From the IMG/VR virus record IMGVR_UViG_3300030104_002385, positions 28,750 to 92,749 of that record: a stretch of 64,000 bases of DNA; one strand, 5' to 3'. This DNA is from a virus. The translations under genes and the position numbers were made by a program. Below the pieces are notes generated by a model that had not been told where the DNA came from, ran no database searches, and was given only the letters and a program-made list of their open reading frames with translations. Every line of letters begins with the position of its first letter. Position 1 is the stretch's first letter. Shown piece by piece: positions 1 through 11,400 of this stretch.

Positions 1-1
1 T

Positions 2-1228
2 GAATTGGATCTTGATAATAATTACATATACGTGACTGAATACGCTGGATCATTTGCTCTAGGTGACTTCATTGGTGATTATGGACTTGAATCAAATCCA
101 ATTGGTTACGCAACTGTAAGTACAAGGGTTGTGACACCTGGTGCTGCTGCAGCACAAGTACAAGATATTAGAGTTAGTGGTGTTAATAAGAGATTATATC
201 TTTCAGACATAGTTGGAACATTTGATCTTAAGGATGCAATTGTTGGACCTGAAAGTTACGAGTCAATCATATTGACTAAGGTTGATCTCAAGGCACGTGT
301 GAAGAGAGCATTTAAAGGATTTGATGGTACTACAACATCATTCAAGTTAACACAACAGAATGGTACTTCATACCTTCCAGATCCTGCTGGACACCTATTG
401 GTATTCGTTAATGGTATTCTGCAACCTCCAGGTGCTGCAAACGCATATACAGCGTTCTCAGACACTATACAGTTTACAGAAGCACCAGATCTAGGAGCAT
501 CATTTACAGGGTTCTACGTAGGTAAGTTGAGACAGTTGGATGATATATCCTTCGAGTTCGACTCCTTACGTCAGTCATTCAACCTTAAACGTAATGATGT
601 ATTCTACTCACTAACACTAACAGAAGGTGTTCAATCTTCTACCATACGTCCAGAAAACAATATTCTTGTTTCGCTTAACGGTGTTCTTCAGGAACCTGGA
701 ATTGGTTTTGAAATTGTTGGTTCTAGAATTATCTTCTCTGAAATTCCTCGTGTGGGATCGACATTCGTTGCCTTCTCCTACGTTGGTTCTGAGGCAGACG
801 TTGATGCTGCTGAGGTTGTACCTCCAGTCGAACCAGGTGACTTTATTGACATCCAAGGTGAGACAGACTCCAGAGAAGTTGCTGTTATTGAATCATCAAA
901 CTCCTTAATCACCTTCGACTATCTTGGATCAGTCTTTGGTAAGGATGCTCAAGGATCAGCAGCAATAACCCAAGGGTTCATAGATACAGTCCAAGTTACT
1001 GCTGGTGGATCTGGATATACTTCTAGACCAACAGTAAGAATTGACTCGATCTCTGGTTTTGAGGGTTCTATCAAGGCACTAGTTGGTGTCGGTGGTGTTG
1101 AAATAAGTAATCCTGGATCTGGATATGAAACTCCAGGTATCGCAGTTGAAACCTCAGTCCCTGACGATTGGACTGCTCCTGACTTAAGTGCTTATGGAGA
1201 AGAATTCGTCGATCCTGAAATAGGATAA
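2..1228 (+). CDS. C-terminal part of a giant baseplate/virion structural protein (gp7-like); 5'-truncated by the window edge
   Basis: Frame is open from position 2. Contains 'LLVFVNGILQPPG'/'ILVSLNGVLQEPG' and 'GGSGYT' repeats typical of cyanomyovirus baseplate proteins. Lies upstream of the gp9-like and gp8 genes. Confidence 0.6.
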   Translation, partial: ELDLDNNYIYVTEYAGSFALGDFIGDYGLESNPIGYATVSTRVVTPGAAAAQVQDIRVSGVNKRLYLSDIVGTFDLKDAIVGPESYESIILTKVDLKARVKRAFKGFDGTTTSFKLTQQNGTSYLPDPAGHLLVFVNGILQPPGAANAYTAFSDTIQFTEAPDLGASFTGFYVGKLRQLDDISFEFDSLRQSFNLKRNDVFYSLTLTEGVQSSTIRPENNILVSLNGVLQEPGIGFEIVGSRIIFSEIPRVGSTFVAFSYVGSEADVDAAEVVPPVEPGDFIDIQGETDSREVAVIESSNSLITFDYLGSVFGKDAQGSAAITQGFIDTVQVTAGGSGYTSRPTVRIDSISGFEGSIKALVGVGGVEISNPGSGYETPGIAVETSVPDDWTAPDLSAYGEEFVDPEIG

Positions 1229-1238
1229 TCAAACACTA

Positions 1239-1245
1239 ATAAATA
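1239..1245 (+). promoter_or_regulatory. T4-type late promoter (ATAAATA)
   Basis: ATAAATA in the intergenic gap about 20 nt before the ATG at 1265. Confidence 0.65.
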
Positions 1246-1264
1246 ACTAAAAAAGTAGCGAGTA

Positions 1265-2491
1265 ATGGCTAAACAATCTCTAGGTCTTGGTACTGCAGCA
1301 AACGACAATACAGGGGATACTCTGAGAGTTGGTGGTGACAAGATAAATGATAACTTTAATGAGATTTACAGTGCTATTGGTAACGGTACAACATTAACCC
1401 TCAGCGTTACTAACCCTGCTGTTGGTCAGGTGTTGCGTTATAATGGTTCTAGTTTTCTCCCGTCGGATTATTCCAATTTAACATCAGCTTTAGATGTTAA
1501 TGGAAATTCCATTATTTCTAGTACCAATGGCAATATAGTAATTGCTCCTAATGGGACTGGAGATGTAACAATATCTAATGGTGGTGTTACTAACACATTT
1601 GAAGGTAGTGATGGAACAATAGATTTACCAACAAAGGTAAAGTATAAGAATGAGTATGCTAGTGTTGGTGCAGCTCCTGCTGCAGCGACATACACGGGAT
1701 ATTTCTTTACTGTAGATGGTGATGACAATCCATATGTAAACATTAATATTACTGCTGGCGGTGCTGGTGATGTTAGGGCAAAGGTTGCAACAGAATATTC
1801 TAGTGTTGATCTTTTATCAGACGTTGATACTACAACGGCTGCTCCTACTAATAACCAAGTTTTGAAATGGGATTCTACTGCTAGTAAGTGGAAACCTGGA
1901 GATGATTCTGCTGGTATTTCTTCTATTAACCTTTGGTCATCTATTGTAGGTGATACTGGTACAACAACAGCAAATAGTCAGACAGACACATTAACTATTG
2001 CAGGTGGCACAAATATAACTACTGCAATTTCTGGAGATACTTGTACAATCAACTTCTCTGGAACTTTAACAACTACACTTGCTGCTTTAACAGATACTGA
2101 TACTTCTAGTGTAGTACAAGGTGATTCATTATTCTATAATGGAACTGGTTGGATTGTAACTAGAAGTCCAATTATATGGTGGGAAGTAAATGCAAGTGGT
2201 TCATCTGATTATACTATCAATGGACCTGGTTTTGCATCTCCTCAAAGTGATCCTACTTTGTATGTTCAAAGAGGATTTACTTATGCATTTGACAATACTA
2301 TACAATCTACTGCACATCCTTTTAGAATACAAAGTACTCAAGGATTGAGTGGTACTCCATATACAGATGGTCAATCTGGTAGTGGAACTGCGGTTCTTTA
2401 TTGGACTGTACCTATGAATGCTCCAAGCACACTTTACTATCAATGTACAATCCATGCTGCGATGCAAGGACAAATTAACGTTGTGAGTTAA
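1265..2491 (+). CDS. gp9: Baseplate wedge/tail-fibre connector (gp9/gp10-type N-terminus) with C-terminal cupredoxin-like domain
   Basis: N-terminal 'GTAANDNTGDTLRVGGDKINDNFNEIY' matches the T4 gp9/gp10 N-terminal motif; C-terminus has 'HPF...YYQCTIHAAM'. Confidence 0.7.
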   Translation: MAKQSLGLGTAANDNTGDTLRVGGDKINDNFNEIYSAIGNGTTLTLSVTNPAVGQVLRYNGSSFLPSDYSNLTSALDVNGNSIISSTNGNIVIAPNGTGDVTISNGGVTNTFEGSDGTIDLPTKVKYKNEYASVGAAPAAATYTGYFFTVDGDDNPYVNINITAGGAGDVRAKVATEYSSVDLLSDVDTTTAAPTNNQVLKWDSTASKWKPGDDSAGISSINLWSSIVGDTGTTTANSQTDTLTIAGGTNITTAISGDTCTINFSGTLTTTLAALTDTDTSSVVQGDSLFYNGTGWIVTRSPIIWWEVNASGSSDYTINGPGFASPQSDPTLYVQRGFTYAFDNTIQSTAHPFRIQSTQGLSGTPYTDGQSGSGTAVLYWTVPMNAPSTLYYQCTIHAAMQGQINVVS

Positions 2492-2494
2492 TAA

Positions 2495-5400
2495 ATGGCA
2501 AGAACTGTTTCTGGAAGTGGTGCTGTAATCGAACCAATTTTTGATGAAGTATTTGGTGTTCGTGCAGTCAAAGTAGTCAACGGAGGTACTGGATATACAT
2601 CAGCAGACCCTCCAAGGTTGACGGTGACGGGTTGTGGTACTCCGACTCAAGAAGCATTATTATATCCTATTATAGATCAGGATTCTGGTAGAATAATCCA
2701 TGTACGTGTTCTTAATAGAGGTAAGGGATACGATCCTTTAAGATTGGGAATTTATCCTCAAGCAGAAACTCCCAATGTAGTAGATTCATTTGATATTAAT
2801 AAGGTTTGGCAATCACATCCAAATTCCCCTACTACTGGTTTATTTGCTTTAAATACTGCTACACCACCACAAAAGACTGATAGATTAAGGATACAATCTG
2901 ATAACCATCCCAAACCCACTCCTACACAGGCTGAGAGGGTTCCTGGTGGTGGTCCTTTAGTTGATAGGGCATTTGATCAGACTTTCATTTATAGAGGTGG
3001 TAAAGACGTTCCTAATCCTGGTACTAGAGAAGCACAACCAGATAAGGTTACAGGTATTTTAGCGAATGGTGGTTTATTACATACTCCAGAATGGGGTCCA
3101 GATGGTAATCCATTTCCAGGATTTGCTCTTGATAGTGTAAAGAACAGTTACGTAAAGAATAATACAACATATGATGCTGTAGTTGAGAATAATATTAGTT
3201 ATTATCAATCAAGTAGAGTTCTTAATGAATTTGCACTTAAAAATGGTACTTTTGAATTTGGTAACTTAATCCAATTTACATGGTATGTCAAAGTAGAATT
3301 TGATAATATCATGTTAACAGTTACTAATATTGATGAATCTATAGGAACTATTGAAGTAGGAAGAACTGTTGATGTAATTAGTGGAAATGGTAGAGGTGAA
3401 GTTGCAAAAATTGTTAGAGATGGTAGTAATAATATTACTAGAATATATCTTAGACAAACAAGTGGAACTTTTAATGATCAAGATTTAGTTTTAGGATCAA
3501 CAGGATTTGGATTTAAAATTAATACAGTCCCTACATTATTACCCAACGGTATTTTTTATATCGATTTTGGTACAGATTCTGATGAATTTGGTCCATTTAT
3601 TTCAGGAACATATTACTTTGCACCACAAAATATTAAGGTTCAAAGAAATTATTTAATTATTTGGAACCAATCAGATAGCAGTAATGGTATAACTGGTACT
3701 CATACTCAAGGACACCCTATGCAGTTTAGCATAACTGCTGATGGTACATTAAATGGTGGTACTCTTTATTACAACAGCACTTCTTTAGATTATCCTGCTG
3801 CGGATTATGAGAATGAGTTCCAACCATTATTGATAATGAATGCTGATGAAAATACTAATCGCATTTATTATTTTTGTAAGCATCACAGATATATGTCTGG
3901 ATATGCTGGAGATGAGGGATATATTACGTTTGAGGCAGAGATCGATGACGACCCATTAGCTAATGATTATTACGTAACTGACTTTTTTGCAACTGGTCCT
4001 GATTATTCAAGACATGCTGATGGACATTCCAAGATTGTTGGTATGTCATTTGATGGATATCCTATTTACGGACCTTATGGATATACCTCTACTGGTACTG
4101 TTGCTAAAGAAGTATCTGGATTTAGATTTAAAACAACTGGGGAACTTGATGGTGGTAGACCAGAGGTAATTACAGCATCTACAGAAACATTTGTTGTAAC
4201 TGTTTCTAGTGGTAAGTTCTTATTTGGTGGTACTACTCCACCATTCTTAGATTTGAAGAGAGGGAAAACATATGTCTTCCAGCAAAATGATGCTAGTAAT
4301 GATAATGAAGCACTACTAATATCATCTACTGAAGATGGTTGGCATGCTGGTGTAGCAGGTACTGCATCGTACGTTTACACTACAGGAGTTAAGTATTACT
4401 TAGAAAGTGTAGAAAAAACATATACTGAATACTTAGCTGGATTTGATACAGCTACTGCAAGAGAATTAAGGTTTACAGTACCTTCAAATTCTATCACTGC
4501 ATTATATACATTTGCTGAAACAACGGCATCTGTTGGTGTAAGAACTGTTCAGGAAGGTTATATTCTTGGTGATGTAGTTCAGGATAATATTTGGGATAAT
4601 TCATCTACTTGGGATAGTGGTACTGCTTATGCTCAATATGCTACTGTAAGAAACTCATCTGGAATAATTTATGAAGCAACTGCTGCTATTAGTAGTGGTG
4701 GATCACAACCTGTACATACAAGTGGCACTACTAGTAATTGGAAATATGTGCAACCTGTTGGAACTTTAGATGAGCATAATGGTAAGTTTGGAGTAACTCC
4801 TGAGTATCCAAATGGAACGTATGCTTACTTTATGACAGAGGATGGTGCAGGTACTCCTGTTTTTCCTTATGTTATTGGTCCAAGATTTTACGGAGTTCCT
4901 TTATTTGAAGGCGATACACCTCCTGAAGCAAACAATGTATTCCCTGCTGGTGCAGAAGGTGAGGTTGTTTTAAGTACCGATAATCCAGGTACGATTGCTT
5001 ACGTTAAGATGACCCAAAAGGGTGATAACTATTTTGGTTCTGCAACTGCAAGAATTTTAGGTGGTACAGGAACAGGTGCTACAGGAAGTCCAACAGTTCA
5101 AACAATTACGGGTCTTTCACTACTTAGTGGTGGTAGGCAATATGCATCTCCCCCAACATTAATCTTTGAAGGTGGTGGTGGATCTGGTGCAGAAGGTGCT
5201 GCTGCGATTGATACTTTAGGTAAGGTTACTTCAATATCTGTTGTAGATAGTGGTGAATATTATCAAGAACCTCCTTACATTTTAATCAATGGTGGTGGAG
5301 GTTTAGGTGCAAAAGCAATTGCAACTATTTCTCAAGGTTCTATTAGTTCTATAACAGTTACTGATCAAGGTAAAGGATATACTTCTCAACCATCTGTTAT

Positions 5401-6880
5401 ATTCACAAAACTCGTTAATCTTAAACGTAAGACTAGAGCAAGACAGGCATATAACTCAGGTGCAAATTATCTTACTGGTCTTGTTAAGGATATGACTGCA
5501 TCGGATACAACAGTATTTGTTGATTCTACTGATGCATATCCTGGTTCTGGAAAACTTATTATTAATAAGGAAACTATATCATATACAAGTAAAGCAGCTG
5601 GTAAATTCTCTGGTATAACTAGAGGTGTTAATTTTAATTACGACCAGAGAGTTATACTTGATGCTGGACAGAACGCAGAAGATGGTAGTTCAAACTACAA
5701 ATTCAAGGTAGGTGACCGTGTTATTAGAAGAGTTGAAAATGCTGGTAACAAGATTGCTAAAGTATATGATTGGGATTCTTCTACTAGAGAGTTACTTGTT
5801 ACATTTGAAGTTGATGAATTAGCATTTATTGATGCTGGTATTCCATCTACAGAAGATGCTATTGTACAGTTTGATGGTGGTGTTGCTGATAGTGCTAATT
5901 CAGCATATCAACCACACACTATTCTTGATTTACAAAATAGTGTAATAACAACTTTAACAGTACCTATTTCGACTTTACAGGATAAAGCATTCCAAGATAT
6001 TTTGCCTACATCAATAGGTGATGGTATTCCTGACTTAGTAAATACATCAACAGATTATGAAAATCAGATACAATTAGATGGTGGTATCTTTAGTTCACTT
6101 TACGGTATTGAAGAAACATTGGGTGGTCAGAATACAACTTTATTCCAAGTTGGAGATAGTATTAAAGATGGTGATATACCATTTAAGTATGCGACTATAT
6201 CAACTGCAGGTGGATTGAGTGATGGTGTAGAACATACTGCACTTACTACATTATATCTTGATAACGCCACTGGTAATGGTGGTAGTTATAACGTTAATGA
6301 AATTGTTACTGGTTCTATATCTGGAGTTCAAGGAACAGTTGTTTCTTGGGATACTACAAATCAAATATTGGTTCTTAAAGCAGTAACACCATTTAACACT
6401 GGTAATATAAATGTTGGAGTTAATGGTTTACTTTATGAGTTCTCTCACAATTCCAGTATAATTGATTTTATCATTCAAAATCCAGGAACTAACTATAGTG
6501 CAATTCCGCTTTTAGAAATACAAGGACTATTATCACCTACAAGTGAAACCAGAAATGCGGAAACGATAAACTGGGGTGGTCCTATGGGTGATATACAGGC
6601 AACTGGTACTGCAGTAATGACGATTGCAGGAGACCAAGTTGCATCAATCAATATAACTAATGGTGGTTATGGATATAAGAAAACTATAGATAGTCAGTAT
6701 TATGATCATCCATATGTTTTATTTACGGATAGTTCTAATAATATACTAGATGGTAAATTTAATAGCACTTCAAGCGGTGCTATAGCACAGGCAGTATTGG
6801 GTGGAGAACTCTGCACAGGTACTGGTGGTGCTTCTTATAGAATTAAAAGAATTGAGTATCAAACACAGGTTCGTGCGTAA
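2495..6880 (+). CDS. Large baseplate-region virion protein with YHYH-like domain, cupredoxin-like and CBM-like inserts
   Basis: 'GHSKIVGMSFDGYPIYGPYGY ... LDEHNG...TPEYPNGTYAYF...FPY' YHYH-type motifs; Gly-rich beta repeats; lies between gp9-like and gp8. Confidence 0.65.
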   Translation: MARTVSGSGAVIEPIFDEVFGVRAVKVVNGGTGYTSADPPRLTVTGCGTPTQEALLYPIIDQDSGRIIHVRVLNRGKGYDPLRLGIYPQAETPNVVDSFDINKVWQSHPNSPTTGLFALNTATPPQKTDRLRIQSDNHPKPTPTQAERVPGGGPLVDRAFDQTFIYRGGKDVPNPGTREAQPDKVTGILANGGLLHTPEWGPDGNPFPGFALDSVKNSYVKNNTTYDAVVENNISYYQSSRVLNEFALKNGTFEFGNLIQFTWYVKVEFDNIMLTVTNIDESIGTIEVGRTVDVISGNGRGEVAKIVRDGSNNITRIYLRQTSGTFNDQDLVLGSTGFGFKINTVPTLLPNGIFYIDFGTDSDEFGPFISGTYYFAPQNIKVQRNYLIIWNQSDSSNGITGTHTQGHPMQFSITADGTLNGGTLYYNSTSLDYPAADYENEFQPLLIMNADENTNRIYYFCKHHRYMSGYAGDEGYITFEAEIDDDPLANDYYVTDFFATGPDYSRHADGHSKIVGMSFDGYPIYGPYGYTSTGTVAKEVSGFRFKTTGELDGGRPEVITASTETFVVTVSSGKFLFGGTTPPFLDLKRGKTYVFQQNDASNDNEALLISSTEDGWHAGVAGTASYVYTTGVKYYLESVEKTYTEYLAGFDTATARELRFTVPSNSITALYTFAETTASVGVRTVQEGYILGDVVQDNIWDNSSTWDSGTAYAQYATVRNSSGIIYEATAAISSGGSQPVHTSGTTSNWKYVQPVGTLDEHNGKFGVTPEYPNGTYAYFMTEDGAGTPVFPYVIGPRFYGVPLFEGDTPPEANNVFPAGAEGEVVLSTDNPGTIAYVKMTQKGDNYFGSATARILGGTGTGATGSPTVQTITGLSLLSGGRQYASPPTLIFEGGGGSGAEGAAAIDTLGKVTSISVVDSGEYYQEPPYILINGGGGLGAKAIATISQGSISSITVTDQGKGYTSQPSVIFTKLVNLKRKTRARQAYNSGANYLTGLVKDMTASDTTVFVDSTDAYPGSGKLIINKETISYTSKAAGKFSGITRGVNFNYDQRVILDAGQNAEDGSSNYKFKVGDRVIRRVENAGNKIAKVYDWDSSTRELLVTFEVDELAFIDAGIPSTEDAIVQFDGGVADSANSAYQPHTILDLQNSVITTLTVPISTLQDKAFQDILPTSIGDGIPDLVNTSTDYENQIQLDGGIFSSLYGIEETLGGQNTTLFQVGDSIKDGDIPFKYATISTAGGLSDGVEHTALTTLYLDNATGNGGSYNVNEIVTGSISGVQGTVVSWDTTNQILVLKAVTPFNTGNINVGVNGLLYEFSHNSSIIDFIIQNPGTNYSAIPLLEIQGLLSPTSETRNAETINWGGPMGDIQATGTAVMTIAGDQVASINITNGGYGYKKTIDSQYYDHPYVLFTDSSNNILDGKFNSTSSGAIAQAVLGGELCTGTGGASYRIKRIEYQTQVRA

Positions 6881-6884
6881 CGAC

Positions 6885-6891
6885 ATAAATA
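6885..6891 (+). promoter_or_regulatory. Late promoter (ATAAATA)
   Basis: Intergenic, upstream of gp8. Confidence 0.65.
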
Positions 6892-6917
6892 AACAAGAGG
6901 ACAATAGTCACTAGGAC

Positions 6918-8450
6918 ATGGCAGCTCTATTAACTGATCAATTTAGGATTTTTTCAGCAAAAAAATTCATTAAGGCACTTGAAGGTCCAGATGCGACTCA
7001 ATCCGATACGGCAGCTGGTGCCAATCGTGATAGGGTATATCTGTTCATTGGAAGACCACAATCGTGGGATAACGAAAACTCTCCACCGCAAGCGGTAGAT
7101 TCATTTTCGGAATTCTCTGGATCATATGATGATATGATCTCTCTGAAAAGAGTACTTGCTGCTGATACCGTACAGGTTGTTCGTAGGATTGACTGGGTTT
7201 CCCCAGAACAAACTACTGGTGGATTAGGTTTCACCTATGACATGTATCGTCATGATTATTCACCAACTAAAACTGCTGCATCTGGTGCTACTAAACTGTA
7301 TGATTCTGACTTTTACGTTGTAAACTCTCAGTATCAAGTATATAAGTGCATCTATAACGGAACGTCTCCTAGCGATCCTAACGGAAAACCCTCGACTGTT
7401 GAACCTACTGGTACATCTACTTCAATCATTACTACTGGTGATGGTTATAGATGGAAGTACATGTATACTATTCCTGTTGCATCTGTTCTTAAGTTCTTCT
7501 CGAACGATTATATGCCAGTTTTCACTAACGCTGCAGTGAAAACTAATGCTGTTGAAGGTGAAATTGATACAGTAGTTATTACTGCTGCAGGTACAGGTTA
7601 TAATAATGGAACGTATGATAACGTTTCTATCAACGGTGATGGTACTGGTGGTCGTCTTAGCGTTGTTATAGACGGAGGTAAGATTATTTCTGCTACTGTT
7701 ACTAGTGGTGGTACTGGTTATACTTTTGCTAAAATATCTGTTGATAATATTACAGGTATTGGTACTGGTACTGGTGGGCAGGTTGATGTTATCATTCCAC
7801 CTCCTGGTGGTCATGGAAGTGATGCAGTGGTTGAAATTGGTGCTTTCAGAACCATGATTAACGCCAAACTATCATATGATGAAGGTGCTGGAGATTTCCC
7901 AGTTGATAACGACTACAGAAGAATTGGTTTAATTACCAATCCTCTTAAGTTTGGTACAACTGAGTTGATATCAGACCTTACAGTTTCTGCTACTAAAGCA
8001 GTTATATTCTCTCCTACATTCCAAGGTAATTATGTCCCAGATGAAATTATCACTCAAACTAGAGTTGTTGGTGGTGCAAACGTCACTGCTCGTGCGAGAG
8101 TTATATCCTGGAACTCGACTACTAAACTATTAAAGTACTATCAAAATGCTGTTGATGGGATTTTCCCAGAAGTTACTGGTACACAAAACGAGTTTGATGG
8201 TTCCAACCCTATAAGTGGTGCAACTTCAGGTGCAGCTGGGCAACCAGATGTAAACTTCCCTGCAGTTCCAAACTCATCTTCTAGAACTATTAATAACACC
8301 GAATATGACCTCGGTATGAGATTTAATAACGGTTACGCAAAACCAGAGATTAAGTCAAATAGCGGTCAGGTTGTTTACATAGATAATAGAAGATCAATCA
8401 GTCGTGCAAACGACCAAGTAGAAGATATTAAAATCGTAATAGAATTCTAA
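6918..8450 (+). CDS. gp8: Baseplate wedge subunit gp8
   Basis: 'YLFIGRPQSW', 'VYKCIYN', 'DGYRWKYMYTIP' and C-terminal 'YIDNR...DQVEDIKIVIEF' motifs. Confidence 0.9.
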   Translation: MAALLTDQFRIFSAKKFIKALEGPDATQSDTAAGANRDRVYLFIGRPQSWDNENSPPQAVDSFSEFSGSYDDMISLKRVLAADTVQVVRRIDWVSPEQTTGGLGFTYDMYRHDYSPTKTAASGATKLYDSDFYVVNSQYQVYKCIYNGTSPSDPNGKPSTVEPTGTSTSIITTGDGYRWKYMYTIPVASVLKFFSNDYMPVFTNAAVKTNAVEGEIDTVVITAAGTGYNNGTYDNVSINGDGTGGRLSVVIDGGKIISATVTSGGTGYTFAKISVDNITGIGTGTGGQVDVIIPPPGGHGSDAVVEIGAFRTMINAKLSYDEGAGDFPVDNDYRRIGLITNPLKFGTTELISDLTVSATKAVIFSPTFQGNYVPDEIITQTRVVGGANVTARARVISWNSTTKLLKYYQNAVDGIFPEVTGTQNEFDGSNPISGATSGAAGQPDVNFPAVPNSSSRTINNTEYDLGMRFNNGYAKPEIKSNSGQVVYIDNRRSISRANDQVEDIKIVIEF

Positions 8451-8454
8451 ACGA

Positions 8455-11400
8455 ATGGCACAAAATACTAACTTAAACGTCACCCCGTATTACGACGACT
8501 TTGATAAAAGTAAAAACTTTTATCGAGTGCTGTTCCGACCTGGATTTCCTATACAGGCAAGAGAACTATCCACGATGCAAAGCATCATGCAAAATCAGGT
8601 TGAGAACATTGGTTCTCATACCTTTAAAGATGGTGCAATGGTCATACCAGGTCAGGTTGGTTATGACTTAAATGTTGACTGTATCATGCTTCAAGAAAGT
8701 TTTCTTGGTGCTGATGTTGAGAATTATCGTAGTCAACTTACAGGTAAAATTATTACAGGTTTGACTTCTGGTGTTAAAGCCAAAGTCCTTTATAGTATAT
8801 CTGCTGCTGAATCTGACAAAAGCTACATTACAATATATGTAAAGTATATTGAATCTGGTGGTGCTGCATTAAATCAAGATACATTTTCAAATAATGAACA
8901 GTTAATTACTGAAAGTGAAATTACTTTTGGAACTACTTTGATTGAAGTTGGTTCACCATTTGCACAGTTGTTACCTACTTCAGCAATTCAAACAGGATCT
9001 GTTGCTTATGTACAATCTGGTGTATACTTTATTAGAGGGTTCTTTGTAGACGTACCCTATCAATATATCCTTCTTGATCAATATGGAACTTCACCAAAAT
9101 ATAGAATTGGACTTGAAATCCTCGAGTCAATTGTTACCCCAGAAGATGACCTTAGCCTCAATGATAACGCTGCAGGAACATCTAATTATGCTGCTCCTGG
9201 TGCTCATAGGTTCAGAGTAACAACAAACTTAATTAAAAAATTACTTACAGATGATGCTGATAAGGACTTTATAGAATTACTAAGACTTAATGGTAATAAG
9301 GTTGAGAAGATTGTTGATCGTAGTGCTTACGATGAATTAGAGAAAAGTCTTGCCTTAAGAACATTTGAAGAAAATGGTGACTATGTTGTAAAAGATTTCC
9401 AAATCAGTATGAGGGAAAACCTCAATGATGGATTTAATAATGGTGTTTATTCCATTGGAGATATTACAAGTGGTGGTGCAACTGCTACTGAATCTAATTA
9501 CTCTGTTGAAATTGGACCTGGTATTGCGTATGTAAGGGGTTATAGAGTTAAGACTACAGCACCAACCTACATTGACTTAATAAAACCAAGAGAAACGGAT
9601 TCTGCACAGAACACTAACATAGCATTTGAACTTGGAAACTGGTCTACTATAGAAAACCTATTTGGTTTCCCTAATGTTGCTGGATCTACAATTACTAATG
9701 CATATCAAACTTTAGAATTACGTGATACTTTAACAGCAAGTGCTGGAACTGCTGCTGGTAATCTTATTGGTTATGCTAGAGTTGCTTCATGTGAATATGT
9801 AAGTAATCCAGATACGACATTTGGTAATACTGATGACAGGTATAAATTAAATCTGTTTGATGTACAAATGGTAACTACAATTCAGTTGAATTCTGCTAAG
9901 ACTATTGCTCAAGGATCAATAGTTGTTGGTGCAACAACTGGTGCAAGAGGTTATTTAATTGATGCTGTAACTGCAGCAACTCATATAAACTTGTATCAAG
10001 TAGAAGGAACATTTGCTGCTAGTGAGTATTTACTTTTAGATGGTGAACAATTAGATACGATTACTAATGTTCACACATACAAATATTCAGATACCAGACA
10101 GATTGTTGGTAAAGATGAAGGTACTACTGCTGTAGAATTTACTTGTGATGTTCGTTTAGAAGATGCACTATTCCTTCAAGGTGCTACATTTACCTATGAT
10201 GCGACTGGTGGTTCTGAAAAGATTACTGGTTTAAATTCTAATTTTGCATCTGATTTAAGACCAGGTGATAGAATTTACTTCTCTGAGACTAAGTATGTTG
10301 ATGTTGATTTTGTAGATCCTACTAACTTAGCATCTTCAAACGTATCTACAATATTCAACTATCAAGCTCAAACTGTTAATGTTACTCCTGGTGCTGGTGG
10401 TGCTGCTCCTACTGCAGGAACTTATACTGTAATGGTAAGATATAGATCTAAATTAAATCAAACTGAAAATGCAGATCTATTCAGTGCTCTAACTAAACCA
10501 TATGTTAAGAGTATTTCTGATGAATCTATGGTTTGTAGAAGAACCTTTGATGCTCAAACTGTTGCATCAAGTTCTATCTCCATAACCCTTCCTGAAAATG
10601 AGCAGTTTGAACCAATAACAGATCAGAATTATACTATTACTGTACTCGGTAGTACTAACGGTACTTATCCTGCTGGTGATCAAATACCTATTGATATAGC
10701 AAACTCTGGTGCTTTAGGATATACTTCTTTCACATCTTCTGAAAGAACTACTATTCAGATAGATAACCTAACAAATATATCATCTGTTAAGGTAACAGCA
10801 ACAATTTCTAAGAACGTAACGCAGAGAAAGACAAAGGCGTTACAGAAAATGTTTATCTTAAAAGTCAATAAGACTACTAAGAATTTAGATAAGATAAATT
10901 ACGGTTTAACATATTCAAACTTATATGGAACAAGAATACAAGATAAAGATGTATCTCTTGGTCTAGTAGATTCTTATAAAGTTCATGCTGTGTATGAATC
11001 ATTAGATGATAGTGATCCAGTAATACCATCTGTTACTTTAGTTGAACCTACATTCTTTGCTGTAGGAACAGTTGTAACTGGTAGAACTTCCAAAGCAAGG
11101 GCAACAGTAGTTGATTTTAACTCAAGTACTTTAAAACTAACAATCGTTTATCTATCTGGTGCATTCACATCTGGTGAAACTGTTAATGGTTTCAATACTG
11201 CAGGTGCTGCTATTAGTGGAATTATCAATGATTCTGTTGGATCTGTTGTAGCAGGTTCTAAAGTAATTACAGATCGATATATTGTAGATAATGGTCAAAC
11301 ACCATTCATGTATACTTGTGCTAGATTAACTAGAAAGAAAGGATTTGTTCAACCAATTAGAAAGTTAAAAATCGTTATAGATTACTATAGTCATTCTGCT

